This document shows, piece by piece, positions 10,310-19,903 of a DNA stretch of 64,000 bases. How positions within the stretch are numbered: the first letter of the stretch is position 1; each line of letters starts with the position of its first letter. Made by a program: the position numbers and the translations under genes. Source of the DNA: a virus; the IMG/VR virus record IMGVR_UViG_3300036939_000049, positions 1-64,000 of that record; one strand, 5' to 3'. Below the pieces are notes generated by a model. That model was not told the DNA's origin. It worked only from the letters and a program-made list of their open reading frames with translations, and made no database searches.

Positions 10310-10706
10310 TGTCTCTCGTGTACAGCGGCTAAGGGGAGGACGAATTCGGTATCGGGGACGTGTGTTTCCTGGTTTCAACAAGCCTCGACGTATCTCTCAT
10401 CCAAAACATAAGGGTGAAGTTTTAGCAAAAGTAGACAACCGGGTTGCACATCTTCGCTTTGGAAGTAAGTCTCACAGACACAATTATTCGCCAGATGCCA
10501 AGCGAGACTATCTAAGACGCTCTGGTGGTATTCGAGATAAGAGTGGGCAATTAACTCGCAACAATAAACTCAAAAAAAATTACTGGTCGCGTTCGTTTTT
10601 GTGGTCTAAAAACACGCCAACAACTAGCGAAAAACGGTTAAAAAGACGAGCCGCTAACATGGCTCGATTAAATCGATTAATTGCGTTTAGATCTCGTAGA
10701 TGGTAA
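10302..10706 (+). CDS. Conserved basic phage protein (GFNKP...RFG...YWSR type)
   Basis: FPGFNKPRR, VLAK, LRFG and NYWSR motifs recalled from small basic phage proteins; ATG 10302 overlaps the upstream stop. Confidence 0.6.
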   Translation: MPDVSRVQRLRGGRIRYRGRVFPGFNKPRRISHPKHKGEVLAKVDNRVAHLRFGSKSHRHNYSPDAKRDYLRRSGGIRDKSGQLTRNNKLKKNYWSRSFLWSKNTPTTSEKRLKRRAANMARLNRLIAFRSRRW

Positions 10707-10773
10707 AATATTAATGTCAAAACGATCGCGCTCCTCGGCTAAAAGTTCGCGATCGCCTTACCCAAGATAAAAA

Positions 10774-11718
10774 ATGGGCTGTATTTATCTTATCAGAAAC
10801 AAGGTAAACGATAAAGTTTACGTCGGACAAACGAAGTATGATTCGGTAAAAAAACGCTATAGAAACAAGAGGCTACAATACTTTGGCGGAAATGACCGTC
10901 CATTAGTCAAAGCGATAAAGAGTCATGGTATTGATGCTTTTGAATTCATAGATATCGAGACGAATGTACCAGATGAGAAGTTAGACGAAAGGGAGATACA
11001 CAACATACAGCTTTATAAAGCAACACAAAGAGAATATGGCTACAACGTAGAAAGTGGTGGGAAAAGAAACAAAACCGTATCTGAGGAAACAAAAAAGAAA
11101 ATAGCGCAATCCAGAATGTCTTCTCTAAACCACAGCTATAAATCAAGGAGCTGGTATCATCATATACATGGTTTCTTTGTGGGCGGTGTTTCCGACTTAG
11201 TACGAGCATTTCCAAATGAAAAGCTCAGTGCGGCAGCGCTATCACAACTTGCTTTACCTTATGGGAAACCAAAAAGTCACAAAGGATGGATCAGCCTAGA
11301 TACACCAAAAGAAATAAACGTAGTAAAAATTGAAAGATTCCATTGGGTTCACCAACTTTATCCAGACTTCTATGGTTCTCCTACAGAACTCAAAAATAAA
11401 TACCCGGAATTAAATTTATCGACTCGGCATTTATGGTCTATCGCACGGAAAAAAGATAATCGAGTAATACACAAAGGATGGACTACGGAAGGGTTAGAGT
11501 GTTCCCACACAAGAAAAATAGTTAGAGTATGGGAGTCACCAGAGGGGGAAAAGATTAAATGCTGTGCAACACAGCTAACGGAAAATTTCCCTATATTAAA
11601 AAGACACCAGCTTAAAGAACTCGTAGATGGAAAGAAAACAGAATTATATGGATGGAAGTACCTAGGAGACTTTAATATAGAGAAATTAAAAACAAAAGAC
11701 CAAAACGAAACAGTATAG
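10774..11718 (+). CDS. Free-standing GIY-YIG homing endonuclease with NUMOD3 motif
   Basis: GCIYLIRN...YVGQT, GYNV and SEETKKKIA; AT-rich and HIP1-free. Confidence 0.85.
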   Translation: MGCIYLIRNKVNDKVYVGQTKYDSVKKRYRNKRLQYFGGNDRPLVKAIKSHGIDAFEFIDIETNVPDEKLDEREIHNIQLYKATQREYGYNVESGGKRNKTVSEETKKKIAQSRMSSLNHSYKSRSWYHHIHGFFVGGVSDLVRAFPNEKLSAAALSQLALPYGKPKSHKGWISLDTPKEINVVKIERFHWVHQLYPDFYGSPTELKNKYPELNLSTRHLWSIARKKDNRVIHKGWTTEGLECSHTRKIVRVWESPEGEKIKCCATQLTENFPILKRHQLKELVDGKKTELYGWKYLGDFNIEKLKTKDQNETV

Positions 11719-11745
11719 ATAAACCCCGTCGCAGTTTTCGTTTTT

Positions 11746-12169
11746 ATGCCGAAATCTCCGTATACCAACAATTTGTTGCGCGATCACGTAAAGAACGAAA
11801 TCCTCAACAGCAATAAAGGCGGGCAGACCCGGACAGTGGAGTGCTAGAAAAACTCAACTAGTTGCCCAACAGTATCGTGTGGCTGGCGGTGGATACAAAA
11901 AAGGTGGTTTGCGGCAACGGCAAAGAAACTTGAAGCGCTGGACAAAGGCGGGGTGGCGCACGAACTCTGGCAGACCTAGCTTGCAGACAGGGGAGCAATA
12001 TCTACCCGATCGTGCATGGTGGTGTCTATCTCCTGCCCAAAAAGCTGCAACCAACAGGGTCAAACGTGATCGCATGAAACGCGGCAATCAATTCGTCCCT
12101 AACCCAAGTGCGGTAAAACGCGCATCCCATCGGGCGAGAGTTGAGCGACTGAAACGTTTGCGACGATAG
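11746..12169 (+). pseudogene. DUF5872-like protein split by a +1 frameshift near 11821
   Basis: MPKSPYTNNLLRDHVKNEILNSNKG (11746-11820) continues in the +1 frame as GRPGQWSARKTQLVAQQYRVAGGGY...LKRWTKAGWRT...YLP, the DUF5872 signature. Confidence 0.7.
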
Positions 12170-12201
12170 TACACTTAGAAAAACACAACGTCGAAAAAAA
12201 T

Positions 12202-12903
12202 ATGCTAACAGCCGCATACGAAAACTTGAAAGTTAGTGTTGCACCCAACGTCAAACAGCATGTAATTGGTATTGGGGATACTACCCGTGCCCTTGCAGTA
12301 GAAATTTGCAACCTGGGGAGCCAACCCCTTAAAAGCCTCATCATAAAATACCAGTCAGGTGCCGAAGGGCAATGGTTTGACCTAATCACGGAAAAGAGTG
12401 GTTTTACCACTCAGACTACGGTATTGCGGAAGTGGAATGGCGACAATCCCTACGATCTAGCACCTCAAAGAAAAGCCGCGCTGTACCTCGACGTATCTGA
12501 AATTTGGGCCCTGAAACTGGAGATGCAGTGCGTAGGAGAGCGTGATGCTTTTCCCATTCCCGAAACCAAGGTCAGTATCAGCTACTCTGCGTTGAAGAAT
12601 TTGGGTATTGTTGGCGGCGCGATCGCGCCCATCAGCACGCCATCAGACGGTACATCTTCGGGCAAAGTTTACGAACCTGGGATCGAAAGGGTGACAGGCA
12701 TTTGGACGTTGGCGACATCCCAAAGCATGAGCATCTATAACAAAGGTACAAAAGACGGCACACTGAAGGTAGGGACTAAAACTTACGTGATTCAGCCAGA
12801 AGAAACGCATTCATGGTCACCGCCTGGTGATAATACCTTAAGTGAAGTGACAATAGATGGTACTGGTACAATTTTGGTAGTTGACTACTTAGCTACTCTC
12901 TAA
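12202..12903 (+). CDS. Hypothetical beta-rich, probably structural protein
   Basis: 233-aa ORF upstream of tail-fibre genes. Confidence 0.5.
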   Translation: MLTAAYENLKVSVAPNVKQHVIGIGDTTRALAVEICNLGSQPLKSLIIKYQSGAEGQWFDLITEKSGFTTQTTVLRKWNGDNPYDLAPQRKAALYLDVSEIWALKLEMQCVGERDAFPIPETKVSISYSALKNLGIVGGAIAPISTPSDGTSSGKVYEPGIERVTGIWTLATSQSMSIYNKGTKDGTLKVGTKTYVIQPEETHSWSPPGDNTLSEVTIDGTGTILVVDYLATL

Positions 12904-12906
12904 CAA

Positions 12907-13245
12907 TTGCCAACTAGCTATAGCTACAACCCACCACAGACAGGGAAAATCTCCAGCCAAGACGGGTATACCCGTGTGGCTATTCTTTGCTATTTGTGGC
13001 GACTTCCATTAGATAGCGCAGACACCCGCATAATCCGGGAGTACGACGAAGACCTAAACCAAACAACGTTTACTGTAAGTGGTTTACCTGTAGGGTCACG
13101 CCCACAGAAGTTATGGACGGATGGGGTTGAAGCCTTTGGAGCAAAACTTGCATTCAAAGACAATGGAATAATTGTAACTATTGCTCTCAAGAAATTAATC
13201 TTATTTAATCCTGGTTGGGAAATTGAAATAATTTCTCCAGCCTAG
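12907..13245 (+). CDS. Hypothetical protein similar to the C-terminal domain of 13728..15137
   Basis: YDEDLNQTTFTVSGLPVGS versus YDAVRNETTFVVSGLPAGS. Confidence 0.55.
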   Translation: MPTSYSYNPPQTGKISSQDGYTRVAILCYLWRLPLDSADTRIIREYDEDLNQTTFTVSGLPVGSRPQKLWTDGVEAFGAKLAFKDNGIIVTIALKKLILFNPGWEIEIISPA

Positions 13246-13277
13246 ATGTACACGAAACGTTTACAAATTTCGGTGCG

Positions 13278-13685
13278 TTAGACCGAACCAAACAAAACCA
13301 AAGTTTCATCAATAATCGCGTAGTCAACTACACGACCCTGCTGCCGCCCGATCGAGACACGAAGAGACAAGCCTGAGTTAGCGGAAAGAATTGCTAAGAG
13401 GTCATCGGTTGTAAGCTCTTTGAGCTGCACAAGATTTGTCATGTCAATACGAAGTGCTGACGCGATCGCGTGCAGTTGTTTCAACCCGTCAATTTTTCCG
13501 TTCTCTAGTCGTGAAATAGTCGATCTTGAAAGGTTTGCACATTCTGCTAATTTTTCTTGGGAAAATCCCTTCAACGTTCGATAGCGTTCTACACGCCTAC
13601 CGACGATTGCTGCTAATACCTCACCGGAAACTTGCATCAGTTTTGATTCAATTCTCAAATTTTGGACAACTACTGATGCTGACAT
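13278..13685 (-). CDS. XRE-family HTH regulator
   Basis: RTLKGFSQEKLAECANLSRSTISRLENG. Confidence 0.85.
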   Translation of the reverse strand: MSASVVVQNLRIESKLMQVSGEVLAAIVGRRVERYRTLKGFSQEKLAECANLSRSTISRLENGKIDGLKQLHAIASALRIDMTNLVQLKELTTDDLLAILSANSGLSLRVSIGRQQGRVVDYAIIDETLVLFGSV

Positions 13686-13727
13686 ATTAGCAATCCTAGA
13701 ATTGCCTTATAGCAACAAAGGGCAAAT

Positions 13728-15137
13728 ATGGCTTTAAATGATTTGACCAGGGTCGCAATTCCTACTATCCGACAAGAAACAGCTATCAAGCCGCATCATG
13801 ATATTGTTTACGACTTGGATCGGATTAGTATTGGTCCACCAGCTATTAGAGAAGGTCGTATTCATTTAGAGCAGCATGTTGTTGGCGCAGACCTTGACCA
13901 AATCATTTCAGACTACACCAGTGGTATTGGTGCTCTTAGAAGTGAAGTCAATAATTGGCAACGTGGTGTAACACGAGATTATACTGTCGCGGCATTAGCA
14001 CCAACCCTAGCAGACGTAGCCACCGCTACAGTACCGACCTACCCCGCTCCTGCGCCTACTTACGCAAACTGGGTGTTAGTTCCAATTGGACCCGACGCGG
14101 GGATCTATGACCGAACAACCGGAACCGCTATTACACTCGACGGCTTCCCTGTAGGGACTCAGGTCACCGTTGATACATTAGCTGGTGATGGTGCGTCAGG
14201 AATTTTTCAAGTTAAGAACGAACCCACTGTTGGTGGCGTACCTCAGTTTGAGCCGTTTATTCGGTTCACACCTTATGATCGACGACTCGCGATAAAACTG
14301 GATGCCGATCAGCACACATTTTATTTAGATATTTCTCCTCGTTTAACTCAGGCTGGTGACATTCTCAGCTTCTCGCCAGCAACTGAAGCTGAATTAACTG
14401 GACTGCACGATACAGACAACACCATCATTCAAACCAATACCCAACAGCAGGGGCAAATTGATGGCAATGCACGTGATATTACGACTGAGCGGCTGCGTAA
14501 TGACACTCAAGACACGCGACTAACAGCAAATGAAACGTTAGACACTCAGCAGAATACACGCTTAACGACGAACGAACAGGCAATTGAAGCAGAGCGTCAG
14601 CTCAATCAAACCCAAAACGGCACTCTTGATATCCACACGCAGCAACTGGGCAGTTTAGCAACGCGGACAACCCAGCTAGAGGGACGCCAGAATCTTGATG
14701 ACGAACTCAATACCCAACAGCAATCTCGATTGTCGGGAATTGAGCAGCAATTGCCGACGTTTGATACACCTGAATTGAGAGATAGCGCGATCGCGCAGGC
14801 AATTCAAACGTTCTGGGCGAGCAAGTTCCCGAAAGTTGCTTTAATTTCTGGAGATTCCAGAGTTCAGGCGAATTACGATGCCGTGCGAAACGAGACAACG
14901 TTTGTTGTGTCTGGATTACCAGCAGGTTCGCACATATCGCGTGTTCGTGACCCGGAGGGTTATGCTGCTGAAATTTTAAAAGATCGCTCGATTAACAATG
15001 GCTCAACGCTGAGCTTTGCCGTCAAAGGTAATGTTCCACTCTCGGCAACTGCGGAAGGTGCTTGGAAAGTCAGTATTTCTGGTCATGTCCCACTGAACTA
15101 CACAGAAACCGCCACAACGCCCCAGCCAACGCTCTAA
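13728..15137 (+). CDS. Fibre-like virion protein with coiled-coil stalk
   Basis: Gln/Asn/Thr heptad repeats (QDTRLTANE, QNTRLTTNE); tail-fibre neighbourhood. Confidence 0.55.
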   Translation: MALNDLTRVAIPTIRQETAIKPHHDIVYDLDRISIGPPAIREGRIHLEQHVVGADLDQIISDYTSGIGALRSEVNNWQRGVTRDYTVAALAPTLADVATATVPTYPAPAPTYANWVLVPIGPDAGIYDRTTGTAITLDGFPVGTQVTVDTLAGDGASGIFQVKNEPTVGGVPQFEPFIRFTPYDRRLAIKLDADQHTFYLDISPRLTQAGDILSFSPATEAELTGLHDTDNTIIQTNTQQQGQIDGNARDITTERLRNDTQDTRLTANETLDTQQNTRLTTNEQAIEAERQLNQTQNGTLDIHTQQLGSLATRTTQLEGRQNLDDELNTQQQSRLSGIEQQLPTFDTPELRDSAIAQAIQTFWASKFPKVALISGDSRVQANYDAVRNETTFVVSGLPAGSHISRVRDPEGYAAEILKDRSINNGSTLSFAVKGNVPLSATAEGAWKVSISGHVPLNYTETATTPQPTL

Positions 15138-15155
15138 CCCTCCTGCCACCAATAG

Positions 15156-15548
15156 ATGAAACCTTTTCAAAATATTTCATTTCCAGGAGATTCAAGACAT
15201 CCGTGGGTGCAAGACCCTAGGGACAAGCGTTTCTTTTTTATTTCACTTACCAGGGCTTGGAATCCCCAAAAAGATACCTACTATGAGAAAAATCCTCAAA
15301 CAGGGGAGTTCCAAGCTCTGGTCTTCGATCCCGATTTCTTGAATAAGCGGTTGAAGGGCAACGTCATCCCGGAGGATTCAATAGGTATTTCCAGTGATGG
15401 CTTAACGTTGTGGCGTTTTTCTTTGGATTCAACAGCAACGCTTGAGATCGAGAAAATGGCTTTCGATACAGCTGAAGAAAGCGGATATATCACCAGTAGT
15501 GGTCAGCTATACACTGACAAAGAAGGGAGGGTGCTTTCTCCGGCATGA
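15156..15548 (+). CDS. Hypothetical tail-region protein
   Basis: 130 aa; ATGA overlap with the next gene. Confidence 0.5.
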   Translation: MKPFQNISFPGDSRHPWVQDPRDKRFFFISLTRAWNPQKDTYYEKNPQTGEFQALVFDPDFLNKRLKGNVIPEDSIGISSDGLTLWRFSLDSTATLEIEKMAFDTAEESGYITSSGQLYTDKEGRVLSPA

Positions 15549-17056
15549 ATATCAAGCTAAACGACTCTAGTTTTCCTCGTGTCTTAGCAGAGCAACTGGC
15601 TGGGAAAGAATTTAAGTTAGGCGATGACTCTCTCGCTTTAGCAACCGAGCTAATTGAGTTTATTCGTAGCCAACTTGAATTAGAACAATACGTTAGGGTC
15701 GTAAATGGGCTTATCCCATCAGCTACCCTGCCCGCCAACTTCAGTACCCGCTATACTGCTGCTTCTCAGACCGAAATGTTTGCCCTAGGTGCGCGTATCG
15801 GTGAGACTTGCATTCGCACAGATCTGAATCCAAGGCAGGTGTTCACAGTCATTAACGAACCCAGTAACGTTCTAGCTAGCTGGGATAATATTACAGATCA
15901 GGTCACTGCAATCTTAATTAATGGGCAGCAAGGTCCCATCTTTAATTTGGCGGCAGTTGATGTTGGTGCTGACCCTGTGGGCAGTTCTGCTACTGTTAGA
16001 GCACTTCTTGACTCCCACGCAAATAGTCGTAACAATCCTCATCAAGTCTCTTTGTCTCAACTAGGAGCCACAGCTTTAGGACGGAGCTTGGTTGAGGCTT
16101 CTACAGCTACTTCTGTACTAGCAATCTTAGGTTTAGGGACAGCAGCGACAGCTAATGTTGGGGATTTTGATTTAATTGGTGCAGCTAAAGCGGTGCAGGA
16201 CTTACTCACCAAGCATGTAGGCGATAGTAATAATCCTCATACCGTAAGCCTAGCTCAGCTCGGAGCAACCGCGTTGGGAATCGCGTTAGTTCAATCTGCC
16301 AATGCTGCGGCGGCAATCTCTCTTCTAGGTCTAGGAACTGCGGCTACCCGTAATTCTAGCGATTTCGATCCTAGTGGTTCAGCCGCGTCTGTATATGGGC
16401 AATTAGTAACCCATGCTCAAGACATCAATAACCCACACCAAGTAAGCTTAGCTCAACTGGGGGTTAGTACCTTTGGGATTAATTTTACCAAAGCCGCCAC
16501 AGCCAAAGCCGCTAGATCTATCATCTCTCAAGGATACGACTACTATCAAACTTCTGTTCCCACTGCACCACTTATAGGAGAGTCTTGGGGAGAATTAGAT
16601 GTTAACGGTGTATTAATTGACGAGTGGGTGTTTAACGGCTTGCGGTGGATAGGAAAACAAACTCTTGCAAAAGCATCAGCCCAAGCTAACTTCTCAACTT
16701 ATCCTGGTGCTGTATTTTTTGGTTATTTTGGTTCATCGCGAGATATTTTAGTTCAAAGAATTTCATTCAATCATAACCAAGCCTCAGGGTTTGTCGCGGG
16801 ATCTACTTATTGTTCAGCAAGATTTCAATTAACAGGTGTTCAGTTAGACCAAACGGGTAGCGGTACAAATTACCGGGAAATTGGCGTTGTCAATCAAATC
16901 TCCACAACCGCTTGTAGCGAAAAAGATATTAATCAGATTTTTACAACGGGTCTTCAACACTATGCTGTTGGTGTCCACGTTACAAAAGTAGGGACTGGAA
17001 CTACTTCAACGATTTTTACTAGTTTTGGAATTCACTACAAGTGGGTCAGAAAATAA
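15545..17056 (+). CDS. Tail fibre protein 1
   Basis: Three H-x4-NNPH-x-VSL-x-QLG repeats and LGLGTAAT repeats typical of tail fibres; distinct C-terminal tip. Confidence 0.75.
   Translation: MNIKLNDSSFPRVLAEQLAGKEFKLGDDSLALATELIEFIRSQLELEQYVRVVNGLIPSATLPANFSTRYTAASQTEMFALGARIGETCIRTDLNPRQVFTVINEPSNVLASWDNITDQVTAILINGQQGPIFNLAAVDVGADPVGSSATVRALLDSHANSRNNPHQVSLSQLGATALGRSLVEASTATSVLAILGLGTAATANVGDFDLIGAAKAVQDLLTKHVGDSNNPHTVSLAQLGATALGIALVQSANAAAAISLLGLGTAATRNSSDFDPSGSAASVYGQLVTHAQDINNPHQVSLAQLGVSTFGINFTKAATAKAARSIISQGYDYYQTSVPTAPLIGESWGELDVNGVLIDEWVFNGLRWIGKQTLAKASAQANFSTYPGAVFFGYFGSSRDILVQRISFNHNQASGFVAGSTYCSARFQLTGVQLDQTGSGTNYREIGVVNQISTTACSEKDINQIFTTGLQHYAVGVHVTKVGTGTTSTIFTSFGIHYKWVRK
15825..15913 (+). 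repeat. 89-bp near-identical direct repeat, copy 1 (copy 2 at 17897..17985)
   Basis: tgaatccaaggcaggtg...cactgcaatc, one mismatch between copies. Confidence 0.9.
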
Positions 17057-17617
17057 ATGCAGTATTTAAAAATTGATGATAAAGGTTTTTTTCAAGATGT
17101 AGAAACTTTACAAGAAAACCCTAGTAGTCCTAATTATGTAGACACGCCTTGTACTGAAAGTTTTTTGAAGACACGTTGGATAGGCGACTGGGACACCGAG
17201 ACACAACAATGGAAGCCTGGTGGCAAATGGGTTGAAGGGGCAACGGATGAGGAACTCAGCGTTTTCAAGGCACAATTCCCAACGGAGTCTCAAAGAGACT
17301 GGAAAAACCTCGCGATCGCGTTCCATACTTCAAATCTATACAACATCCACCTTCGGGAAGTAACAGCCGCCGCCGATCCAGAGTGGTCTGATAAACTTTG
17401 GTGGATTGACAAAGATATTACAGTTGTTTTTACGGCTTGGCTAGGGGATGAATTATCTAGAGTAACTCAACTAGAAAACGTGTTAATTAACTTATTTGAA
17501 ACACTTAATAACGCAAAATTTTCTGCGTCTAGTGATGATAAAGCACAGATTATTAATGCTCTTAAAATGCATGGATTCTCAGATATTTCAGAAACTATCA
17601 GTAAGGAATATAAATGA
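17057..17617 (+). CDS. Tail fibre assembly chaperone-like protein
   Basis: Directly follows the fibre; ID-x-x-G-F-F start and KWVEGATDEEL motif. Confidence 0.5.
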   Translation: MQYLKIDDKGFFQDVETLQENPSSPNYVDTPCTESFLKTRWIGDWDTETQQWKPGGKWVEGATDEELSVFKAQFPTESQRDWKNLAIAFHTSNLYNIHLREVTAAADPEWSDKLWWIDKDITVVFTAWLGDELSRVTQLENVLINLFETLNNAKFSASSDDKAQIINALKMHGFSDISETISKEYK

Positions 17618-18459
17618 CTGGAATTAAACTCAACGATTCTAGTTTTCCTCGTATCTTAGCAAGACAGCTAGCTGGGAAAGAATTTAAGTTAGGTGATGAC
17701 TCGCTTGTCTTGTCTGCTGAACTAATTGAGTTTGTTATCACGGAACTTAAATTAGATCAGTACGTTAAAACTGTCAACGGACTTGTCCCATCTAGTGTTC
17801 TACCTGTTAACTTTAGTACCCGATACACCGCCGCTTCTCAGGTAGAAATGCTGGCACTGAAAGCACGGATGGGCGAAACCTGTATTCGTACAGATTTGAA
17901 TCCAAGGCAGGTGTTCACAGTCATTAACGAACCCAGCAACGTTCTAGCTAGCTGGGATAATATTACAGATCAGGTCACTGCAATCACAATTAATGGTCAG
18001 TCAGGTCCCATTTTTAATTTAACGGCGGCGGACGTTGGAGCAATAACCCAAGAACAGCTTACTACAGCACTGCTGGCGCTACGAAACACCCCTGACTTGC
18101 TACTGCCCGCCAGTGAAGCTTTAAGCAGCAATGCCCAGGTCAGTATATTTCAAGATACCGATGGTATCTTGAAAGCACGAAATGCTGACGCTAGGCTAGG
18201 GTTCGCTGGAATGGCGCATGGGACGACGAAAGCAGCAGCACCCGCTGGAGGAACTGCGGGAATCTTCAGGCGAGCACATGCAATTCCTGGAGAAAATCTT
18301 GACCCAACAAAGCCCTACTTCCTTTCGCATACTGAACCTGGAACGTTCACCTCTACATCCGTACCTGCGGGTTCTGGATATCTACATCAAGTTCTTGGCT
18401 TCCCAAATTCCAGTTCTGAACTTTGGTGGTTTTTTACTGTACCAACCTTACGTGTTTAA
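17614..18459 (+). CDS. Tail fibre protein 2 (N-terminus paralogous to fibre 1)
   Basis: First ~143 aa closely match 15545..17056; different C-terminal domain (YFLSHTEPG...QVLG). Confidence 0.7.
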   Translation: MTGIKLNDSSFPRILARQLAGKEFKLGDDSLVLSAELIEFVITELKLDQYVKTVNGLVPSSVLPVNFSTRYTAASQVEMLALKARMGETCIRTDLNPRQVFTVINEPSNVLASWDNITDQVTAITINGQSGPIFNLTAADVGAITQEQLTTALLALRNTPDLLLPASEALSSNAQVSIFQDTDGILKARNADARLGFAGMAHGTTKAAAPAGGTAGIFRRAHAIPGENLDPTKPYFLSHTEPGTFTSTSVPAGSGYLHQVLGFPNSSSELWWFFTVPTLRV

Positions 18460-18468
18460 TTAATTATT

Positions 18469-19293
18469 ATGCCAACAGCAACTAGAAACGATGTAGATCT
18501 CGCTTCCGGATTTAATGAAACTCAAGTCATTGAAACTTTACTAACTCAATTTAGGGCAGCGGGTTTTCCAAATCCTTTTGACTATCAACCCGCTTCGTCT
18601 ACAGGGACAAATCGATACATTGTCTATGAATTCATAAACGATGCAACCAAGACCAAAGGACGAGTTTATCTTCGCATTAGGTGGGTAATTAATGCCACAA
18701 CGGGGGCAATTACTTTTTACTCTCAATTACTTGATAGCTGGAATTTAGGTACAAAAACTGGGACAAATGGCGGTACAGAAATAACATGCAACCTGGTTGT
18801 GTCTATGACGCCAGTACCTTTAGAAACAGTTGCCATTAATCACCCTGAGGTTCGAGGTGTTTGGCTAAGACAAGGTACTACCTTGGGGTGGCTTGTATTT
18901 ATTAAACCTCTTAATTTAATAACTTGGGATGGTGTTCCGCTATTAGATCAAAACAGACAAGCTGTAGGCTATATACCAGCAGCTACTGACGCAAATACCG
19001 TATATTCTACAGCGGATACGTCTGGCAGTACAGACATAACGGGAACTTGGTACGTAGCTACTAATTCGTCTTTAGCTAATAAAAGTGTATCTTTAAATCG
19101 ATATTCGATTGAACCTGCGCCCAGTGTTTATCCCAGTTCAGCTACAGGCGCTTTCTTACGCTTTAGCAATGACATTGCTACAACCGCATCTTCTGGACTT
19201 ACAGTGTTTACTTTTTTTTCTGGAACAGGATACACTTTAATTTTCCCAAGAAGTAATTCAGGTCTAGCCATTCTTCTTCCTGCAAAAATTTAA
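18469..19293 (+). CDS. Putative tail or receptor-binding protein
   Basis: Thr/Ser/Gly-rich beta protein in the tail-fibre operon. Confidence 0.5.
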   Translation: MPTATRNDVDLASGFNETQVIETLLTQFRAAGFPNPFDYQPASSTGTNRYIVYEFINDATKTKGRVYLRIRWVINATTGAITFYSQLLDSWNLGTKTGTNGGTEITCNLVVSMTPVPLETVAINHPEVRGVWLRQGTTLGWLVFIKPLNLITWDGVPLLDQNRQAVGYIPAATDANTVYSTADTSGSTDITGTWYVATNSSLANKSVSLNRYSIEPAPSVYPSSATGAFLRFSNDIATTASSGLTVFTFFSGTGYTLIFPRSNSGLAILLPAKI

Positions 19294-19298
19294 CAATT

Positions 19299-19529
19299 AT
19301 GGCATTTTCTCAAGCAAAAGTTGATTCAATTTTGATTGAATCTCGACCGGATCATTTAAAAGGAAAAATTCTTCCTGTCTCTGTTAGAGGATGTATTAAT
19401 ATTGCGCTTGGAATCCCAGTGACCCATAATGTCAACGCGATCGCGTATGATAGTAAGGGCAGACAAGTCGAAGTTAAACCTGATGTCTTAGACTCAAGCA
19501 TAGCTAAATCTTTAATTAAATTAACTTAG
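19299..19529 (+). CDS. Small hypothetical protein
   Basis: 76 aa, last gene of the tail-fibre operon. Confidence 0.45.
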   Translation: MAFSQAKVDSILIESRPDHLKGKILPVSVRGCINIALGIPVTHNVNAIAYDSKGRQVEVKPDVLDSSIAKSLIKLT

Positions 19530-19903
19530 CGATCGCGTCTGTCATTTCTTTCGTCTACGCGATCATATAAGTTGCTTACCTGGACTTCAAGCCACAGGGT
19601 TTTTTGAGTTAGTTCGGTAATCTTTTCTTGCTGCTCAGACTTAATTTTAGTTAAGTCTTTAATATTTTCTTTATTTTCTTGAGCAACAGCCCACACAATT
19701 TTAAGCTTATCAAATAACCATTTAGCCGCGCCAGCCACCATTGGTACGGAACCTAAAATAGGCTTCCAATCAACATGGGCTGCTTCTTTATCTTGTAAAC
19801 CAGACTGTAACACCCATGCAATAATAACAGCTATACCTACGCCAATAAGCAATAGGATTACTAAATCAATGTAGCTAGAATTCCGTACTGGAGGTTGCGT
19901 CAT
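19526..19903 (-). CDS. Membrane protein with C-terminal coiled coil (lysis accessory or holin-like)
   Basis: TM segment LVILLLIGVGIAVIIAWVL; last gene of the lysis operon. Confidence 0.55.
   Translation of the reverse strand: MTQPPVRNSSYIDLVILLLIGVGIAVIIAWVLQSGLQDKEAAHVDWKPILGSVPMVAGAAKWLFDKLKIVWAVAQENKENIKDLTKIKSEQQEKITELTQKTLWLEVQVSNLYDRVDERNDRRDR

Noticed and set aside
10707-11760. Group I intron around the GIY-YIG gene (likewise the HNH gene at 27088)
   Set aside because: Flanking genes are not interrupted at these points and the gaps are too short for an intron core, so the endonucleases are free-standing.
15825-17985. Diversity-generating retroelement TR/VR pair
   Set aside because: No reverse transcriptase, the single mismatch is T/C rather than adenine-specific, and the repeat is not at a C-terminus.
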